Assembly (NCBI GenBank): GCA_964558645.1
Contig: CAZLEV010000005.1
Coordinates: 1-64,000, forward strand
Direction: 5' to 3'
From: an uncultured archaeon
GTDB lineage: Archaea > Asgardarchaeota > Thorarchaeia > Thorarchaeales > Thorarchaeaceae
Length of the DNA: 64,000 nucleotides
In this document: piece by piece, positions 1-10,729 of the stretch
How the letters are laid out: each line of letters opens with the position of its first letter
Position numbering within the stretch: position 1 is the first letter of the stretch
Translations under genes and position numbers: made by a program
The notes under the pieces: generated by a model
Database searches by the model: none
What the model saw: only the letters and a program-made list of their open reading frames with translations
Told to the model about the DNA's origin: nothing

Positions 1-129
1 CAACGCCCCGTTCTTCCAGTGTGTGAAACGACGAAACCGTCTTGTGCCAAGGAGTCCTTTGCTGAAGAAATACTGCTGCACGTATACTGCGAAGACCGCC
101 AGGCTCATGGAAGCATGATTGCATCCGGT

Positions 130-636
130 TCAGTCATTCTGCCCTCGTGTGAACACAAGCGCCTTGATACAAGTTGAATCCGTATCAGCCGGGCGAACGA
201 CTTCCATTGTCACGCCATCACCGATACCTTCTCCTACTGCTCGAACATATGGAAGACAAACGGACTCACAGTACAACTTCCCAGCATCTTTGAATGCCTC
301 ATACTGAGGACAAAATGGATGGACAGTTTCGACACGATCAGCTGAAACCTTTCTTGCTTCCATCTTGGCCCCCATCACATGACCTACTATCTTCCATGCA
401 TCAACAGCATCCGACAAGGTGTCCCCGAGGCCCAGACGTTCTTTCATGTTCTTTGCATCTTCTATCCCGAGATTGTGAAATATCTCAGCGATTGCATCGA
501 GTCCGTCTTGACCGAATCGCTCCTCCAAAACCAATGCCATCTGAGTCATGAGCCTAGTCAAGTTGTCACGGAGCTCACTGACCTTGTTACCTGCAGGTAT
601 TAGACCCCTGGTAGCTGCGGCTTTCATTACTCCCAT
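130..636 (-). CDS. ATC-hydrolase/V4R-like small Cys-motif protein
   Basis: 168 aa; helical N-half, then 'PFCPQYEAFK...YCESVC...STC' Cys pattern typical of L-2-amino-thiazoline-4-carboxylate hydrolase/V4R-like ligand-binding proteins. Confidence 0.55.
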   Translation of the reverse strand: MGVMKAAATRGLIPAGNKVSELRDNLTRLMTQMALVLEERFGQDGLDAIAEIFHNLGIEDAKNMKERLGLGDTLSDAVDAWKIVGHVMGAKMEARKVSADRVETVHPFCPQYEAFKDAGKLYCESVCLPYVRAVGEGIGDGVTMEVVRPADTDSTCIKALVFTRGQND

Positions 637-835
637 GTTCCATCACATCTCTCGCTGTTTTTGTGTGAGAGCATGTACTGCAAAAGTGCCGTATTAGTCT
701 TCTCCTTCGCGGATACTTGCATGCATCGTTCAGAGTGGTGTGGGCTGTTTCAAGAATGTCTGAAGATGCGATCTCTGAGATGCACAGGGCTTTCGAAATC
801 GTGATAAGCTAGATATCACTGAGGATGGATTTGAA

Positions 836-1852
836 GTGGAATCTTTGAGAATAGCTGACATACCAGAGAATGACATGCGAGAAATGATTAGGTCGTTTCC
901 AGACCTTCTGCGTATCGTTCGCCCAGACAGAGAAATGATAGAAACTGCAGAAGAGGCTTCGAAGGAAGGGCTGAGAGGGGTCTGCTTCGTGGGCATGGGC
1001 GGTAGCTCAATTTCAGGAGAATACGTGAGAGCACTACTCTCTGATATCTCACCCGTTCCTATTGTGATTGCGAGAGACTACTCACTCCCCGCCTTTGTCG
1101 ACAAGAACTGGGTCGTTCTTGCAGTCAGCTACTCCGGCAACACTGAAGAAACCCTCTCTTCGTACCGAGAGGCAAAGAGGCGCTCTTGCAGAGTATTCTC
1201 CATAACAACAGGAGGACAGCTAGAAGCCATTTCAGTCACCAGATATACTCAGCGAATCCCTGCAGGGCTTCAGCCGAGGGCAGCTCTCCCCCTACTTCTA
1301 TCCTTGACTCTGGGTCTCACCCAGCGCCTTCTCAGTCTCACACATACCGACTTCAATGAAGTCTCCAGGCGAGTGGCGTTGAGCAAGAATAGGTGGGGAA
1401 AAGACATAGAACACCCAGAGGTACTAGCAGCCAAACTGGCCGACTCGGTCCCGATCTTCATTGCTCACGGACACCTGCGCCCCGTGGCATACAGAGCCAA
1501 GTGCCAAGTCAACGAGAACGCAAAGCATGTTGCCTTTTGCTTGGAAATGCCAGAAGCAAACCATAACGAGGTGGAGGCCTCGGCTTCGTACAAGCGCTTC
1601 TCAATTCGCTCCGTCTTCCTAGAGAGCACCTCTGAAGGCGAGCGTATGACACGGCGTTTCGATGCCACAAAGGCCGTGATGGCATCCCAAGAGCACAACA
1701 CGTTGAGCGTTCCAAACGAGAGTAAACTGGAGGAGATGCTTGCGCTCACCTTCTACCTCGACACCGTTTCGCTTGAGCTAGCTGAGATAGGGGGAGTCGA
1801 TGCGGCCAGTGTGGATAGAATATCCAAATTGAAGTCCCTTCTGGCTGAATGA
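836..1852 (+). CDS. Bifunctional phosphoglucose/phosphomannose isomerase (SIS domain)
   Basis: GMGGS, SYSGNTEET, TTGG, QPRAA, ENAK and EANHNE motifs. Confidence 0.9.
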   Translation: MESLRIADIPENDMREMIRSFPDLLRIVRPDREMIETAEEASKEGLRGVCFVGMGGSSISGEYVRALLSDISPVPIVIARDYSLPAFVDKNWVVLAVSYSGNTEETLSSYREAKRRSCRVFSITTGGQLEAISVTRYTQRIPAGLQPRAALPLLLSLTLGLTQRLLSLTHTDFNEVSRRVALSKNRWGKDIEHPEVLAAKLADSVPIFIAHGHLRPVAYRAKCQVNENAKHVAFCLEMPEANHNEVEASASYKRFSIRSVFLESTSEGERMTRRFDATKAVMASQEHNTLSVPNESKLEEMLALTFYLDTVSLELAEIGGVDAASVDRISKLKSLLAE

Positions 1853-1862
1853 GCTCGGTTGG

Positions 1863-2414
1863 TCAGAACTGGAAATCACCTGAGTAGACGAATGTCATGA
1901 CACGTAATGATTGGGCACGACTCTCGAAGGCAGTGTAGAATATCGACAATGTGACACTGAACGTCCAATCCTCAGCTACATAAGCGTCATAGATCAGCTG
2001 TTTGTCTTGGTCTGAATCCAGAGTAGAACCCACTGAGAACGTCTTATTGTACCCAGAGGTGATAAGCTTGTCTTCGGCAGGGATGTTCCTTCTGAAATTG
2101 GCATAGTTGAAAGACTCACCATTTAGGTAAATTGAGGCGGTCAGAGATTCCAAACGGGTCTTGCCACTTGCAATCTCAGGCGCCGTAAACTGAAAGAATG
2201 CTGACAGTGCGGGATCCACACTCATATTTTGCGGGTCGAAATTCCCAATGCGTATCTCTGTCAGTTCAACATCCAACCGCTGCACAAGCACATAACTACC
2301 ACCGTAGTATGATGCGGCAGAATAGAGGCTCGTCGCACCTACTATTCCTGCAATGATTGTAATAATGACAATTACATTCTGGGGTCTCGTATCGGATATC
2401 ATATCTATCCACAC
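1863..2414 (-). CDS. Hypothetical protein with N-terminal TM anchor (LEA_2-like beta domain possible)
   Basis: One hydrophobic N-terminal helix followed by a beta-rich domain. Confidence 0.5.
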   Translation of the reverse strand: MWIDMISDTRPQNVIVIITIIAGIVGATSLYSAASYYGGSYVLVQRLDVELTEIRIGNFDPQNMSVDPALSAFFQFTAPEIASGKTRLESLTASIYLNGESFNYANFRRNIPAEDKLITSGYNKTFSVGSTLDSDQDKQLIYDAYVAEDWTFSVTLSIFYTAFESRAQSLRVMTFVYSGDFQF

Positions 2415-2461
2415 CGGATTTCATCAGTCTTGTCAATATCTTGTTTTTGCTCTACGCACCA

Positions 2462-3331
2462 TTATGAAGAAAGAACTGAGAGTGTCACCAAGTGAACAAT
2501 CCAAGGAAAGACCGAAAGGATGGCAGGAAGTGGAATGGCAGGTAAGACCTCTTCAACTTTGGCAAAGACCACTGTATTGGTGAATATTCCCAACATTGCA
2601 AGAACAACTGAAAGCATCCAGACATATATTGGGAAAAAGACCATGGCATGTGCGCCAATCAGAGAGTACGCTACAAAATCACCCACGCCAATCATGACCT
2701 GTTCGGACTTTATTCGAGTGTAGTCGAACGGGTCAGAACCAATAGTATCTCTCATGAACTCATCGTCAGCCATTGGTGAGTGCGTAGTCAGGAGATAGTC
2801 CTCGATCACCAATGACACAATCAGAACAACCATGCTCGTGGTGACCATGGTCACACCTAGAAAGGTTCCAAAGATACTGCCGTAGAACGCCACGAACAGA
2901 TTCCTGAGCAGCGGGGGGATGGCATCAATGATCACGAGTGCCAGAGACAACATTGACACCCCGACAGAGACTGCGAGCAGGAATCCTTCAAGCACACTGG
3001 TACTACCCTTGAAGAGAATGAGCAGGAACGCCTGCCCTATGAAGATGGACACAAATCCCAGAATGGGCGAGACTACAAGGGCAACCACAAGCTTCCTGCC
3101 CCCTCGGCCCTTCTGCTTCATCAAATAGAAGAGTGCGTACACAACCAGCACCCCCAGCACTGTAGAGATGAGAGCCTGAACGGCAAAGTCGATTATTGTA
3201 AACCCGGAAGTATTCCCGATCACCTCTCCAATCAACGCCGTATTTTTCACGGCTCCAGCCACCAGAGAACCCACAATTATCGGGAGGGACGACATAGCAA
3301 CGACTGTGAGATGATCCCTGTGGATATTCAT
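2462..3331 (-). CDS. Presenilin-family GxGD intramembrane aspartyl protease
   Basis: About 9 TM segments; 'VIEDYLL' (YD-equivalent), 'IGVGDFVAYS' (GxGD) and 'LPAIP' (PAL motif) in the presenilin order. Confidence 0.75.
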   Translation of the reverse strand: MNIHRDHLTVVAMSSLPIIVGSLVAGAVKNTALIGEVIGNTSGFTIIDFAVQALISTVLGVLVVYALFYLMKQKGRGGRKLVVALVVSPILGFVSIFIGQAFLLILFKGSTSVLEGFLLAVSVGVSMLSLALVIIDAIPPLLRNLFVAFYGSIFGTFLGVTMVTTSMVVLIVSLVIEDYLLTTHSPMADDEFMRDTIGSDPFDYTRIKSEQVMIGVGDFVAYSLIGAHAMVFFPIYVWMLSVVLAMLGIFTNTVVFAKVEEVLPAIPLPAILSVFPWIVHLVTLSVLSS

Positions 3332-3399
3332 CGGCCCAACACTTTGTGTTCCAAGTATTCAACCGTTAAAGAAGATAGGTTCAATGCAATCTGCAATCA

Positions 3400-3431
3400 G
3401 AAAAGAAAGGAAAAAGGGGACCATGGTCCCC
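3400..3431 (-). terminator. Hairpin plus U-tract terminator after the peptide-binding protein gene
   Basis: Perfect palindrome GGGGACCATGGTCCCC (3416-3431) followed on the minus strand by TTTTTCCTTTCTTTT. Confidence 0.65.
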
Positions 3432-3441
3432 TGAGCTAAAA

Positions 3442-5313
3442 CTATCTCTGTCTCATGAGCACGTAGCCGCCAACCAGAATCACAACTGCTGCACCAACAG
3501 CACCAGCCACGATAGCCATGGTGAAGTCAACTTCAGTTGGCTCCTCCGTTGTTGTGGTAGTGGTGGTTGTAGTGGTGGTGGTATCTGTGGGCTCAGATGG
3601 AGCAAAGACGTAGTTGTCGAAGCGAGCCATCTCTGTGAACTCACCTGCAACATATTCGGATATGTTGAATGGGCCGGAGGTCACCATAGCCTCAGTCGGA
3701 GGGTTGGGATTCCATTGGGTCCACTCCTCAAGCGGAATCAACTCGAATACGTGCTTCGGGATGATCGGCTTGTACGCGATGTTGGTCAGGTGCCAGTATG
3801 ACAAAGTGTTGAACTCAACAACCAGTCTGTAGTCTGTCTGAGCGAAGGCCGCTGTAACGTCAACCAGATCGACACCGTAGGGGTTGCCTGGCGCATCACG
3901 ATAGAAGTTCAGCGAGAAGGCAGCATCAAAGGCCGTCAGAGGTCTTCCATCAGTCCAGGTTGCATTCTGGACCATGTCGAAGACGAACCTCGTATGACCT
4001 TCAGGAATCGCTTCGTTGTCCTCGTGGGTCTCTACAGTGTAGCTCTCAGCAAGCCATAGCAGGTCCTCACCATTCGGATCCAGGGTAAGGAGACCGTCGT
4101 ATAGCTGGGCCAAAACGTTCATGGTGTAAGCTGAAGAGCTTGCCATGAAGTTGAAGGTGTCAAGGTCGAGCGGATTGCTCCAACGGAATGATCCACCGAA
4201 CGGTCCACCCACATCATCCTTCAGATGAACTTTGTAGTTCGTCCACCATCCAGGTACACCACCGCTGACATCGTTGACATAGCCCTCGAACCGATCGGTC
4301 CTGTAGGCGGAGAGCAGCGTGTTCGAGTAACAGATGATCATTGGGCACTGATAGACCCAGATCTTCTGCATCTCAAAGGCTGCCTCGTAGACATCCTCGT
4401 ACTCAGTTGAATAGAGGAGCTGATCTCTCCAGCTGTCATACGTTTCATTCCTGAAGTTCGGGAAGTTCCAGTAGTCCTCATCTGCGTACTCTGACCAGTA
4501 CTCGTAGGCCAGCCAGTCAACATTGAAGCTGCTGAAGCTAGAACCCAGAAAGGTCATGTCGTAGTCGCCGTGGAAGTACAGCCGGGTGAGGTACTCGTAG
4601 AAGTCTGTCGGCTGAGAAACAGCCGGTATCCCGAGGTTATTGAGTGCCTCGGCAACAAGGGCTCCAACCTCTATAGCGATGTTGGATGACTGAGCACACT
4701 CGACGAGAATCTCGCCATTGGGACCTCTGTTCTCCCAGGGGCCGTTCGGACCTTCGTCATACCAGCCATCTTCATCGGTATCCACGAAGCCAGCAGCCTC
4801 GAGCAGTTCCTTTCCCAGCGCAACATTGGACTCGTAGTAGGTGTAGTCCAGGAGCCCCTCAGTTGACCAGGGGTTGACCCGTGGAACACAGGAGTCCTGT
4901 GGCAGGGATAGACCCTCCCAGACATCTTCAGAGATTGCATACTTGTCCAGAGCAAAGGCAAGAGCTCTTCTGAATCCAGTGATGTTCATGGGATACTTGG
5001 CAGTATTGATTGTCACGTATCCGTACCCGTTCCGCTGCACGTTCTCGACGGCGATATTCTCAGCTGCGTCTAGAGTCGGCAGGTGGACAGGATCGACCAT
5101 GTCACCTATCAGGTCAATCTCGTTGTTTTGCAGTGCGAGAACCTGCTGGTCGTCGCCCTCTATCACGTTGAACACAAGATTGTCGACAAACGGACCTTCT
5201 TTCAGTCCGTAGTCGAAAGTCTGTGCTTTGGCAAATATCGGTGACATTGCCATGAACGTGAAGGCAGCAACGAACGCAAGAGCAAGAATTCTCTTTGCAC
5301 GATTGCTTATCAT
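3442..5313 (-). CDS. Peptide/oligopeptide ABC transporter substrate-binding protein (family 5, DppA/OppA-like)
   Basis: Signal peptide, 'FRRALAFALD', 'ATWTDGRPLTAFD', 'VTSGPF', poly-Thr linker and C-terminal TM anchor. Confidence 0.9.
   Translation of the reverse strand: MISNRAKRILALAFVAAFTFMAMSPIFAKAQTFDYGLKEGPFVDNLVFNVIEGDDQQVLALQNNEIDLIGDMVDPVHLPTLDAAENIAVENVQRNGYGYVTINTAKYPMNITGFRRALAFALDKYAISEDVWEGLSLPQDSCVPRVNPWSTEGLLDYTYYESNVALGKELLEAAGFVDTDEDGWYDEGPNGPWENRGPNGEILVECAQSSNIAIEVGALVAEALNNLGIPAVSQPTDFYEYLTRLYFHGDYDMTFLGSSFSSFNVDWLAYEYWSEYADEDYWNFPNFRNETYDSWRDQLLYSTEYEDVYEAAFEMQKIWVYQCPMIICYSNTLLSAYRTDRFEGYVNDVSGGVPGWWTNYKVHLKDDVGGPFGGSFRWSNPLDLDTFNFMASSSAYTMNVLAQLYDGLLTLDPNGEDLLWLAESYTVETHEDNEAIPEGHTRFVFDMVQNATWTDGRPLTAFDAAFSLNFYRDAPGNPYGVDLVDVTAAFAQTDYRLVVEFNTLSYWHLTNIAYKPIIPKHVFELIPLEEWTQWNPNPPTEAMVTSGPFNISEYVAGEFTEMARFDNYVFAPSEPTDTTTTTTTTTTTTEEPTEVDFTMAIVAGAVGAAVVILVGGYVLMRQR
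3548..3582 (-). repeat. ACN-codon run encoding a poly-Thr linker
   Basis: Encodes TTTTTTTTTTTT before the membrane anchor. Confidence 0.85.
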
Positions 5314-5784
5314 TATTCTCTCTATCTCCTTCCGAGTCGAAATCGGATTGTTCTGATTTTGTCATGTGGATGATAAAAGCGTTATGCTGCGATTGGATAC
5401 ACATAGGAAATATCGGAATGTTGATGTTAGGAGTGCCTATCCGCTAACCGATAACTGGAAGTAGGACCAGAATTCACTTCTGAGGGAGACACGACCTCTC
5501 TCTCAAGGATACAGATCGTTCTCTGGCGCTATCATTAGATCCGAGCGGCTATACCTCGATTGCACGGCGACAACGCATCCATGCCATTCATAATGAAACC
5601 GATGCTCTCGGAAGGTCAGCGATGTGCTTCTAAGACTCTGCAATCTGCCGAATCTGTTAGACCTGCAAGACTGAGCATCAATGTCGTCATTCTGTGGCAG
5701 GAGTGAAACGCCTTTGACCCACCTGTCCTCTGACAGAAACACCGATTGATGCTCAGCACGAGCAGATCTCTCAGGAGTTGTTCA

Positions 5785-6852
5785 CTACCCGTACTTGATT
5801 CTGGGGTCAAGTACTCCGTAGAGCAAGTCCGCTACAAAGTTGGCCAGGATTGCGGTAATGGCAATGATCATGAAGATTGCTTGTACAACGGGGTAGTCCA
5901 GCCGGAAGAGACTTCGGAATATGTAACGACCCAAGCCATTCCAGTTGAATACCGTTTCTGTGAGTGTCGCCCCATTGATCAAGAATCCAAAGGTCATCGC
6001 GATAATCGTCACCATGGGCAGAAGAGCATTCTTCAGGCCATGCTTGTACAGCACTTGATTCTCATCAAGGCCCTTGGCACGTGCTGTAAGGATGTAGTCC
6101 TCTGTCATCACGTCGATGAGATTATTGCGCATATATAGGAAGTAGCCACCATATCCACCAACGCCTAGAGTAATCATCGGCAAGAAGAGATGATGAAGGA
6201 TATCAAAGGCCATGATTATCCCTCCGAAGGGATTGTTTGTGGCCTTTATCTCCAACCATAGGTAAGGATCTATTGTCCCTTTCAGAGGGAAGCCTAGTAA
6301 GCCACCACTGATGGTATTCAGATAGAATGAGAACACCATCAACAACATCATTCCCATCCAGAAGACGGGCAGCGCGTAGATGAACAACGCCACTGTAACA
6401 GCACTGACGTCCTTTCGAGAGCCGGGGTCAGCAGCAACCCTGACTCCAGTCCAGATGCCCAAGATGATAGCAACGATGGACGAGGTGCCCATGAGTAGGA
6501 GTGTATTTGGCAGCCTCTGCATTATTTCATCAATGACAGGTTTCTGACTGACAAATGAAACACCGAAGTTCCCGGTGAACATATTGACAAGATAGCGCCA
6601 AAACATGTAGATCCAATCAAACATATCAGGGTCAGGAACCAGACCAAATCGCAAGTAGAGCTCTTCCAGCGCCTGCCTTGTGAGATTGCGTCTGAGATTG
6701 TCATCGATCATGAGGTCTACAGGGCTGATGCCGAGTATGAATGTGGGGAGCCTGAAGAGGAAGAAGTTGAAGCACACCACAGCAACCACAAGCAGAAACA
6801 TGTAGATGGCCCGTCTGATTACATACTCTCTTAATCCCATGGTTCTAATCAC
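5785..6852 (-). CDS. Peptide ABC transporter permease (DppB/OppB-like)
   Basis: 'GNFGVSF', 'RLPNTLLL', 'EDYILTARAKGL', 'TETVFNWNGLG', 'LDPRIKY'. Confidence 0.93.
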   Translation of the reverse strand: MIRTMGLREYVIRRAIYMFLLVVAVVCFNFFLFRLPTFILGISPVDLMIDDNLRRNLTRQALEELYLRFGLVPDPDMFDWIYMFWRYLVNMFTGNFGVSFVSQKPVIDEIMQRLPNTLLLMGTSSIVAIILGIWTGVRVAADPGSRKDVSAVTVALFIYALPVFWMGMMLLMVFSFYLNTISGGLLGFPLKGTIDPYLWLEIKATNNPFGGIIMAFDILHHLFLPMITLGVGGYGGYFLYMRNNLIDVMTEDYILTARAKGLDENQVLYKHGLKNALLPMVTIIAMTFGFLINGATLTETVFNWNGLGRYIFRSLFRLDYPVVQAIFMIIAITAILANFVADLLYGVLDPRIKYG

Positions 6853-7102
6853 TTCACTAAAGTTGTATGAGTACCTAGTATCGCTAAGTACCGTATACTG
6901 ATTTAGTCACCACTCTTCCTCAATATAAGCCTAATGCTCTGGGCGATTGCTAGCTGCACTTGCACACAAACACCTTGGTACACAGACAGATTGGGATACT
7001 CGAAATCTATCAGTTCATTGTGAAATGCGGCTGAGAATGAGCGAACAACAAAAAGGAAGAAGGAAGACAGGTCAGTTTTTGACCTCTCTTCCATGGAGAG
7101 CC

Positions 7103-8677
7103 TTATCGCTCTCGAAGTCGTGGATTCAGAACCTGGTCCAGCGTATGCCCTACGAAAGTGAAAGCCAGTGACAACGCAGTGATCATCATTCCTGGGAAGA
7201 CGACAACCCACCATGCACCGGTGCTAAACCCTCCCGAGTCTCGGGCATCGGCCAGCATCCGTCCCCAGCTGGCCACACTGGGGTCAGTGAGACCCAGGAA
7301 TGAAAGGCCTGCTTCTGACAGGATTGCTCCGACGACACCGAGTGTGATGTTTGCAAAGAGTATTGGGGTCACGTTAGGTAAGATATGTCGGAATATTATG
7401 TACGTGTCCGACGCCCCTATTGCTCTCGCAGACTCGACGTACGCTTTGTTTTTCTCTGCAAGCACCTGCGAGCGTATCAACCTTGAGGTTCCTGTCCATC
7501 CCAAGATAGAGATCACCAGGATGATGTTCCCAATGCTTGGGCCCAGGAAGGCCGCAAGAACCATCATCAGGGGCAATCCTGGAATGACCAAGAGGAAGTC
7601 AACAACTCTCATCAAAGCCTCATCGACCTTTCCACCGAAGTATCCTGCAGTCATTCCAACAATGACACCAACAGCCGTGGAGAGACCGGTTGCGAGAACG
7701 CCTATGATAAGTGATATCTGTGCCCCGAAAATCAGCTGACTAAATGCGTCGGCGCCCTTGTCAGTAGTGCCGAGAATCCCGAAGTAGTTCCCATATATTA
7801 CTGCGCTTACCGTACGGACACGCACTTTCACAGACCCACTGTATTCTTGATACGGATACCTGCCACCAAAGAACCGGAAGTTCCTCGTGGGTGCAATACC
7901 CACAGCGAATCTGACAGTCCTGTCAGGATCTTCGATGTTCCCTTCTTCATCGGGGACCATTCCACCGAATACCTCAGCTATGTCGAAGTAGTTCATTCCA
8001 ATTCTTCGCTGAATCCAGTCCTCACGGTAGGGGGGCGATGAATCGTATACCAGTCTGAAGTCGCCAGAAGGATCAATAAACCAGACATATACCTTGAACA
8101 TCAGACCGCCGGATGATTCATTTGCGAAAGAACCCTCCAGTTTCACTGATAGTTCAAGAGTGAGGTTACCATCCGAAGGAAGCCCGTTGAACAGCCATTC
8201 AAACTCCTGGTAGAAGTAGATGAAATTTTCAGTATCAGGCATATCACTTTCAGGCATAGTGATGAACCCAGGATTGTCTCCGGCTTGATGGGTCCACGTG
8301 AGATTCATGTAGTTCTCTTCTGGATTGTGCGCTGCCTCAAAGGAGGACCCTGCGCCGTAAGTATCGTTCCCGAAGACTTCTACGAAGTTCTCATCCGGTG
8401 TTGTGACATTGGTATCCGGTAGAAACTCGCCCGACTGCACACCTGTGGGATCGAAGACTTGCATCCACCCAGGAGCAAGAAAACTTGGGGCTATCTTGTT
8501 GCTCGGGGATGGGTCGTATGGGGCAATCAAGGGAGCACCGACGGCAATCGCAACATAAAGGGCTATTATTGCAAGACCAACAATTCCCATGCGGTGTTTC
8601 CTATACTCCTTCCAGAAACCCGTCATGCTAACATACCAATTGCTGTCTTTCCAACTCTTTTCGGTTTTTTGGGACAA
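7103..8677 (-). CDS. Peptide ABC transporter permease (DppC/OppC-like) with large extracytoplasmic insertion
   Basis: 'LGTTDKGAD', 'YVESARAIGAS', 'RHILPN', 'EAGLSFLGL', 'LNPRL'; about 230 aa insertion after TM1. Confidence 0.92.
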   Translation of the reverse strand: MSQKTEKSWKDSNWYVSMTGFWKEYRKHRMGIVGLAIIALYVAIAVGAPLIAPYDPSPSNKIAPSFLAPGWMQVFDPTGVQSGEFLPDTNVTTPDENFVEVFGNDTYGAGSSFEAAHNPEENYMNLTWTHQAGDNPGFITMPESDMPDTENFIYFYQEFEWLFNGLPSDGNLTLELSVKLEGSFANESSGGLMFKVYVWFIDPSGDFRLVYDSSPPYREDWIQRRIGMNYFDIAEVFGGMVPDEEGNIEDPDRTVRFAVGIAPTRNFRFFGGRYPYQEYSGSVKVRVRTVSAVIYGNYFGILGTTDKGADAFSQLIFGAQISLIIGVLATGLSTAVGVIVGMTAGYFGGKVDEALMRVVDFLLVIPGLPLMMVLAAFLGPSIGNIILVISILGWTGTSRLIRSQVLAEKNKAYVESARAIGASDTYIIFRHILPNVTPILFANITLGVVGAILSEAGLSFLGLTDPSVASWGRMLADARDSGGFSTGAWWVVVFPGMMITALSLAFTFVGHTLDQVLNPRLRER

Positions 8678-8843
8678 ACACTGACCTCCGTTTTCAGGAA
8701 CGACAAACTCGAGTTCGGAATCTGCATCCCGATTCAGTGAGAATCGCTCCGTTGACTTATTCTTCCGATATCAGAACCCGCAAGAAAACCCTAAAAAAGG
8801 TCATGGTCTGCGTATATTTGATTAAACCATCGCCTATTGTACT

Positions 8844-9173
8844 TCATTCGTGCTCATCTTCAAGCTCGTCCCTGAAGGGGTCGTAGTCGTCCATTTCGTG
8901 GGACTCCGCCTCTTGAAACGAGGCCTGACGCTCTTTGACCATCTGCTTGGTCCTGCGATGCGCCACCCATAAATCGGCGTAGACCATGCCCACCAAGAAG
9001 ACTGACATGACCCCAGTAAGAGCAACAACGGCTCCGATGAATCCAGTTGATAGTACCGGGTGAAGCCACATCAACAGCCCGCCCCCAACCAGCAGTACCA
9101 CAGGTATAAGGAGGACCCACTTTCTTGGTTCATCTCGCCTCTCAGGAAACGACCTCACAGACATCGGAATCAC
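8844..9173 (-). CDS. Small 2-TM hypothetical membrane protein with acidic tail
   Basis: Two hydrophobic helices, acidic C-terminus. Confidence 0.6.
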   Translation of the reverse strand: MIPMSVRSFPERRDEPRKWVLLIPVVLLVGGGLLMWLHPVLSTGFIGAVVALTGVMSVFLVGMVYADLWVAHRRTKQMVKERQASFQEAESHEMDDYDPFRDELEDEHE

Positions 9174-9639
9174 TGTAATCCCTAGAAACCCTCTGAAGGC
9201 TTTTCATGTTTTCGACTTGTGCCATCACGCAATGCTCTGGTGGGCGGAATTGCTTGCTCATAGACGTATACGACCAGTATCAATCATATGAGTCAAACAG
9301 CCGCAAACTCAGCAAAGAAAAGCGATTCTGATGAAGAAACGGAATGCTTGAGCCTGTTCTAGGTCAGACAGAATCAGTGGACGCAAGGGAGGAAACTTGC
9401 AGTTATCTCAATGGTGATTCGGACAAAGAAGCACAGCACACCACACGAGTAACCAGTGGTTCTTTCTGTCCACCAACGGTTCGTTATGACACAATGACTC
9501 AGAATTCATTGAGGAGTCGTTCGTATGTGTCAAGATTCTCAGTACCACATCGCCATCATGAATCCCATACCTCAACACTATAAACAATAAAATCACAGGC
9601 CATTGCTTGAGCAGGTACCTCGATGTGGTTGCTCTCTTA

Positions 9640-9660
9640 GAAAGCAACATATTTAAGCCC
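9640..9660 (+). promoter_or_regulatory. Putative archaeal BRE/TATA upstream of the ABC ATPase genes
   Basis: GAAAGCAACATATTTAAG about 80 nt before ATG 9734; GGAGA SD-like sequence at 9721. Confidence 0.35.
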
Positions 9661-9733
9661 ACTCAAGAGGAACCTCAGCTCGAAGGGTAACGAACAGACC
9701 CGGACTACAGAAGCTCCGGCGGAGATCAGTATC

Positions 9734-10723
9734 ATGCCATTGTTAGATATTAGGAACCTGCGCATGTATTATCAGACCCAGAAGGGCCTGGTAAAAGCAG
9801 TAGACAACGTCTCCCTTCAGCTTGAATCAGGCGAGTCTCTTGGACTTGCAGGAGAGAGCGGGTGTGGAAAGAGCAGTCTTGCGTATTCAATTATGCAGCT
9901 GCTACCGCCGGCTGCCAACATTGTCGGTGGAAACGTCTACTTCAAGGGAGAAGATCTACTGCGTAAAAGTGCAAGAGAGATGCGAGACATCAGATGGAAA
10001 AATGTGGCTATAGTCTTCCAGGGCGCAATGAACGCACTCAACCCTGTGTTCGAGATTGGCGAGCAGATCGCCGAGGCCATTTTGATGCACGAGAATGTGA
10101 CAGAAGAAGAGGCACTTGACAGATGCGCCAAGCTCTTCGAAATGGTCGGTCTGGACCCAGGAAGGATACACAACTATCCACATGAGTTCTCAGGAGGAAT
10201 GCGTCAGCGTGCTATGATTGCCATGGCTCTAGCCTGCAACCCGGACCTTGTGATTGCGGACGAGCCAACAACTGCGCTTGACGTCACAATCCAAGCGCAG
10301 ATTCTGAAGCTAATGCAGAAACTACAGAAAGACCTTGGTCTCTCACTGATTCTGATTACTCACGACCTTAGCGTTATTGCAGAGACCTGTGATAAGACGG
10401 CAATTATGTATGCAGGACGTATCGCAGAACTCGCAGATGTCGTTTCAGTATACAAGGACCCAGTACACCCCTACGCAACTGGCCTTGTTGGTGCGATTCC
10501 AAGCATGGTGAAAGCGGAGAAAAAGACACTCACGTCTATACCGGGTATACCTCCCGATCTTATAGACCCTCCAACTGGTTGTAGATTCCATCCTAGGTGT
10601 CCGTATGCACAGGAAATCTGTACGCGTGAAGAGCCCTCATTTGATGAGGTTGACCCAGGCAGGTGGGTTTCATGCCACTTTGCTGAACAACTCAAGGGCC
10701 AGTTGACTGTAGATTTGGAGTGA
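9734..10723 (+). CDS. Peptide ABC transporter ATP-binding protein (DppD/OppD-like)
   Basis: [27 protein letters not shown]-terminal GCRFHPRC oligo_HPY domain. Confidence 0.95.
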   Translation: MPLLDIRNLRMYYQTQKGLVKAVDNVSLQLESGESLGLAGESGCGKSSLAYSIMQLLPPAANIVGGNVYFKGEDLLRKSAREMRDIRWKNVAIVFQGAMNALNPVFEIGEQIAEAILMHENVTEEEALDRCAKLFEMVGLDPGRIHNYPHEFSGGMRQRAMIAMALACNPDLVIADEPTTALDVTIQAQILKLMQKLQKDLGLSLILITHDLSVIAETCDKTAIMYAGRIAELADVVSVYKDPVHPYATGLVGAIPSMVKAEKKTLTSIPGIPPDLIDPPTGCRFHPRCPYAQEICTREEPSFDEVDPGRWVSCHFAEQLKGQLTVDLE

Positions 10724-10729
10724 TGAAAG

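Noticed and set aside
1-124. Possible 5' end of a minus-strand gene running off the window
   Set aside because: Two short open frames, neither recognisable; cannot choose or support a call
5314-5784. 470-bp intergenic gap with short ORFs (5503-5742, 5616-5810); possible ncRNA or leader
   Set aside because: ORFs lack protein-like features and I see no recognisable RNA structure or motif
9174-9733. 560-bp divergent gap containing CTGATGA (C-box-like) and short ORFs
   Set aside because: No convincing paired D box or terminal stem; most simply a promoter region
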